The position numbers and the translations under genes were made by a program. DNA of 64,000 nt. Source: Raillietiella orientalis. Taxonomy: Eukaryota. A model generated the notes under the pieces. That model ran no database searches and was not told where the DNA came from. It worked only from the letters and a program-made list of their open reading frames with translations. This document shows positions 61,260 to 64,000 of this stretch, in pieces. The stretch lies in contig JAYWIR010000005.1 of assembly GCA_036172245.1 (NCBI GenBank), positions 4,774,001 to 4,838,000 of the forward strand, given 5' to 3'. Numbering within the stretch: position 1 is the stretch's first letter; each line of letters begins with the position of its first letter.

Positions 61260-63560
61260 GTGCGCCTCTGGAGAAGGAAACAGGGGGCATGGAAGAATCG
61301 ATCCTCCCACAGACTCTGCAGCCTCCCATCCGTCTGCTTGTCCGCTTATCGTTCGTTCTTTACCTACCCACCCGTCCACTTGACCATCCATCTGTCCATC
61401 TTCCTCGCCTGCCTCTTCGATCCGGACCCTTCCCGTCCAACCCGGCCGGCTGCCTCTCGAAGCGATGGCTCGGAGCAACGGGATCCCTCCGCGAGCCAGA
61501 GCCATCTCTTGTAGGCGTAACCCGGCAGGATGGTGGCAGCTCCGACCACCCCTCCTCCTTCCATTCCCAAAAGGGCCGAGCTCTTTTGGTCCACTGGTTC
61601 CGCTCCGCAGAACGATGTCAGGAACGCCCTCTTTCGCGCCGCCCACAGACGACTCCCCGGAGCGCTCTGCGCGCGCGCGCGCGGTCCGAGAAGCCGCGAC
61701 CGCAGGGCGCGCCGCAGCTGCTCGCAAGAGCCCGGAAGTGTTGAGCGCGCCCGCAGTTGCGGCTTTGTGGCCGCCCGCATGGCTCGGGATGCTGGACACT
61801 ATCTCGAGTGCCTCCCCCCTCCCTCCCTCCCTCCTCCTCCTCCTGACACCTCGGAATCGCGAAATCGCCGCCCACATGGCCATCAGACTTTAGCAAGAAG
61901 TCGTTCCTTGGGTAGCAGGATAGGGAGAAGACGGAAGGGGAGAGATGCTGGCCCCTCTACCAGTGCGAAGCTGCAGCACCTGCACTCCTGCCCGCACTTT
62001 AAGGAGGGGTGCTCCTAGAGGTCATCAGCTTTCCCGGACGACAGAAGCTGCAACGGCTGCGAGGTCGGAGGGGACGTGCGGAAGGTGACTCCGTCTCCCC
62101 ATCTCCCTCAAGGAGAGAGGAAAACCTCCTCCTGGACCCCTCAGGGCTCCCGTGACACCAACGGGAAAGTTGGCCAAGCCCGCGGAACTCCCACGCTCAT
62201 CCCACCACCACCCTCTTTCCGCCCCCGGGTGAGCGGAGAGCACGGGCGGAAGTGCGGGCCGGAAGGGAGGACATTCCTTAAGCAGATCGGAACTACCCCG
62301 AACCTCCCGTCTCCATCCTGCCATTCGGAATGGCATGGTCCGGAGCCATCCGCAGCGCTTTGGAGGGGTCGTTCCCTCGGGCGAGGGATGGGCGCGCTCT
62401 GCAAGGGGACTTCAGTTACCCGATGACGCCCTGCAGGGCCCGTTGAGGAGAACGTCCAGCCCTCCGGTCTCTCTCCCATCCCCCTCTTTCTGCTGCTTCT
62501 CGGGTCGCTTCAACTTCGGGAACTCTCCCCATCCAGTTTCATCTGCCCCTCGGGAGTGGCTCTCGGTCGCATTGCGCGGGGTGCTCGAAAGAGGTCACAC
62601 GGACAGCCATTGCTGCTGCTCGCGTGGCCGGCGGTCTCCACGGCTTTGAATTCTCGCGACACCTGGAGGCGTGACCGTCCGCTAGGTCGCGCGCGCGTGC
62701 GTGAGGATGGAAGAGGGAGGAGAAAGGAAGGTGCAGCTGCGTGCGTCCTCTCCAGCGTCGTCCGAGGGGAGAGCGAGCGGCGGCCGAGGCGCAAGGCAGA
62801 GGCTGCAAAGTGCGGAAGCCGCGTCCATCCCAGGGCAGATGCGTGCTTCCGGAGAGGTCAGACTGTCCCCCCCCCCCAACATGCTTGAGAGACATCCGCC
62901 GCCTTCCTCCCCGCCTGCCATCGCATAGGTGATGGCCGCGCGTGAGCCTCGTCGTAGGTCGAGAGATCCCGCAGGCACACGCATCTCACACTTCCCACAT
63001 GCGCACGCGCGCGAAGAGGATGATCAGCAAGTGCCAAAACTTCGCTCTGGCATCTGCAGCGAGCGGTCGATCAGCTCACCAGAGCTTTTCTTCTCTCCCC
63101 CACCCCACCCCCCCGCCTTACATGGGAGGCTCGCCTCGCCTCGAGGACTCAGGCGGCTGCAGGAAAGGAGCTCCGCAAGCAGTCGGCGGTTCTCTCACCA
63201 CGGCAACGGTGCTTCCACCTCGCCGTGACCGCTCCCTCAGGCTGGAGTCGCCCCCGTTCAAGAACTCTCGTCCGGAAAAAGCCGCCACCGACTCCCTCTC
63301 TCGCACCGCCCCCATCCTCTCACTCGGCGTCTTCCTGCGCCCAAAGTTTCACCGGTGTGACCACCCTCGACAGCGCGGGAAAGGACACGACCCTCTCAAG
63401 ACTTCCGGACTGGCTGACAGGAATGGGAGGAGCTCGTGAGCGCGCAAGCAGGAAAAAGGGAGGTGGCGCCTCGCACCACCACGGCTCGAAACGAAGGCGA
63501 GGACCTGGAAAACCCGCCGCGCGTCCCACGCCACACGCGTGACGTTTGTGCAGGGCTCTC
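61260..63560 (-). mobile_element. Possible internally deleted LINE relic
   Basis: VAWDAR near 63530, knuckle remnant LCSLCLA/GRRSLSP near 62810, and a C-terminal segment weakly resembling 46500-46600; weak. Confidence 0.3.
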
Positions 63561-64000
63561 TTCCCGACCGAGGATTTTTTTGGCCCGACGCCTTTCATGG
63601 AGGCACCCAGCAACCGGTCGCTCGGTGACCGAGCGTCCCCTGTTATCTCCCCGAGCACGGTTATTCCTGCGCTCGCGGGAGAGGACCGTCTGAGCTGTGG
63701 GGATCGCTGGACACACCTGCGCTCTAAGCGGGAGAGCAGGGTCGGGAGCTGCGGGATTACTGTGCCGCTGCGTGGCGCGTTGGCATGTAGAGTTGCGGAG
63801 AGAACACGGGGCCCAGAGTGCCCTATCCGCAGTGCGTCAGGAAATCCATCAAGCGAAGGGTGTGGTCTGCAGACGCACGTCGTCGGTCGGGTCTTTCCTC
63901 GATGCCACCGGCAACGAATACTTGCAGGCGCCGAACCGGGCACGTCTGCGCGTGGGCGTGCCGGGGGAACGTCACGCAGAACGGCAGTGCCCGCATCACG

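Overview
Eukaryotic, arthropod-like genomic DNA. The only host gene I can support is a minus-strand, two-domain GH18 chitinase resembling insect group III (Cht7). I reconstructed 11 frame-consistent exons between 4952 and 1411 (about 752 codons), separated by one 801-nt intron and nine 46-65-nt introns; its start and true 3' end were not found with confidence. GH18 domain 1 has an intact catalytic motif (FDGLDLDWE). Domain 2 reads LDGLDVAWK and has also lost cleft tryptophans, so it is predicted to be inactive. The other ~59 kb is non-coding (possibly partly 5' intron of this gene). It holds a GC/CpG-rich promoter-like block (~18.7-22.7 kb), a 611-bp TIR element, three copies of a tRNA-headed SINE-like repeat and many decayed L1/Tx1-like retrotransposon relics, densest at 43-64 kb. 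Notable oddities: a near-identical 725-bp direct repeat of an already dead LINE 3' end 16.2 kb apart, a conserved terminal stem-loop in place of a poly(A) tail, a 200-bp 14%-GC island inside an RT relic, and several perfect hairpins. Most ORFs in the supplied track are spurious. All family assignments come from motif recognition by eye; no searches were run.
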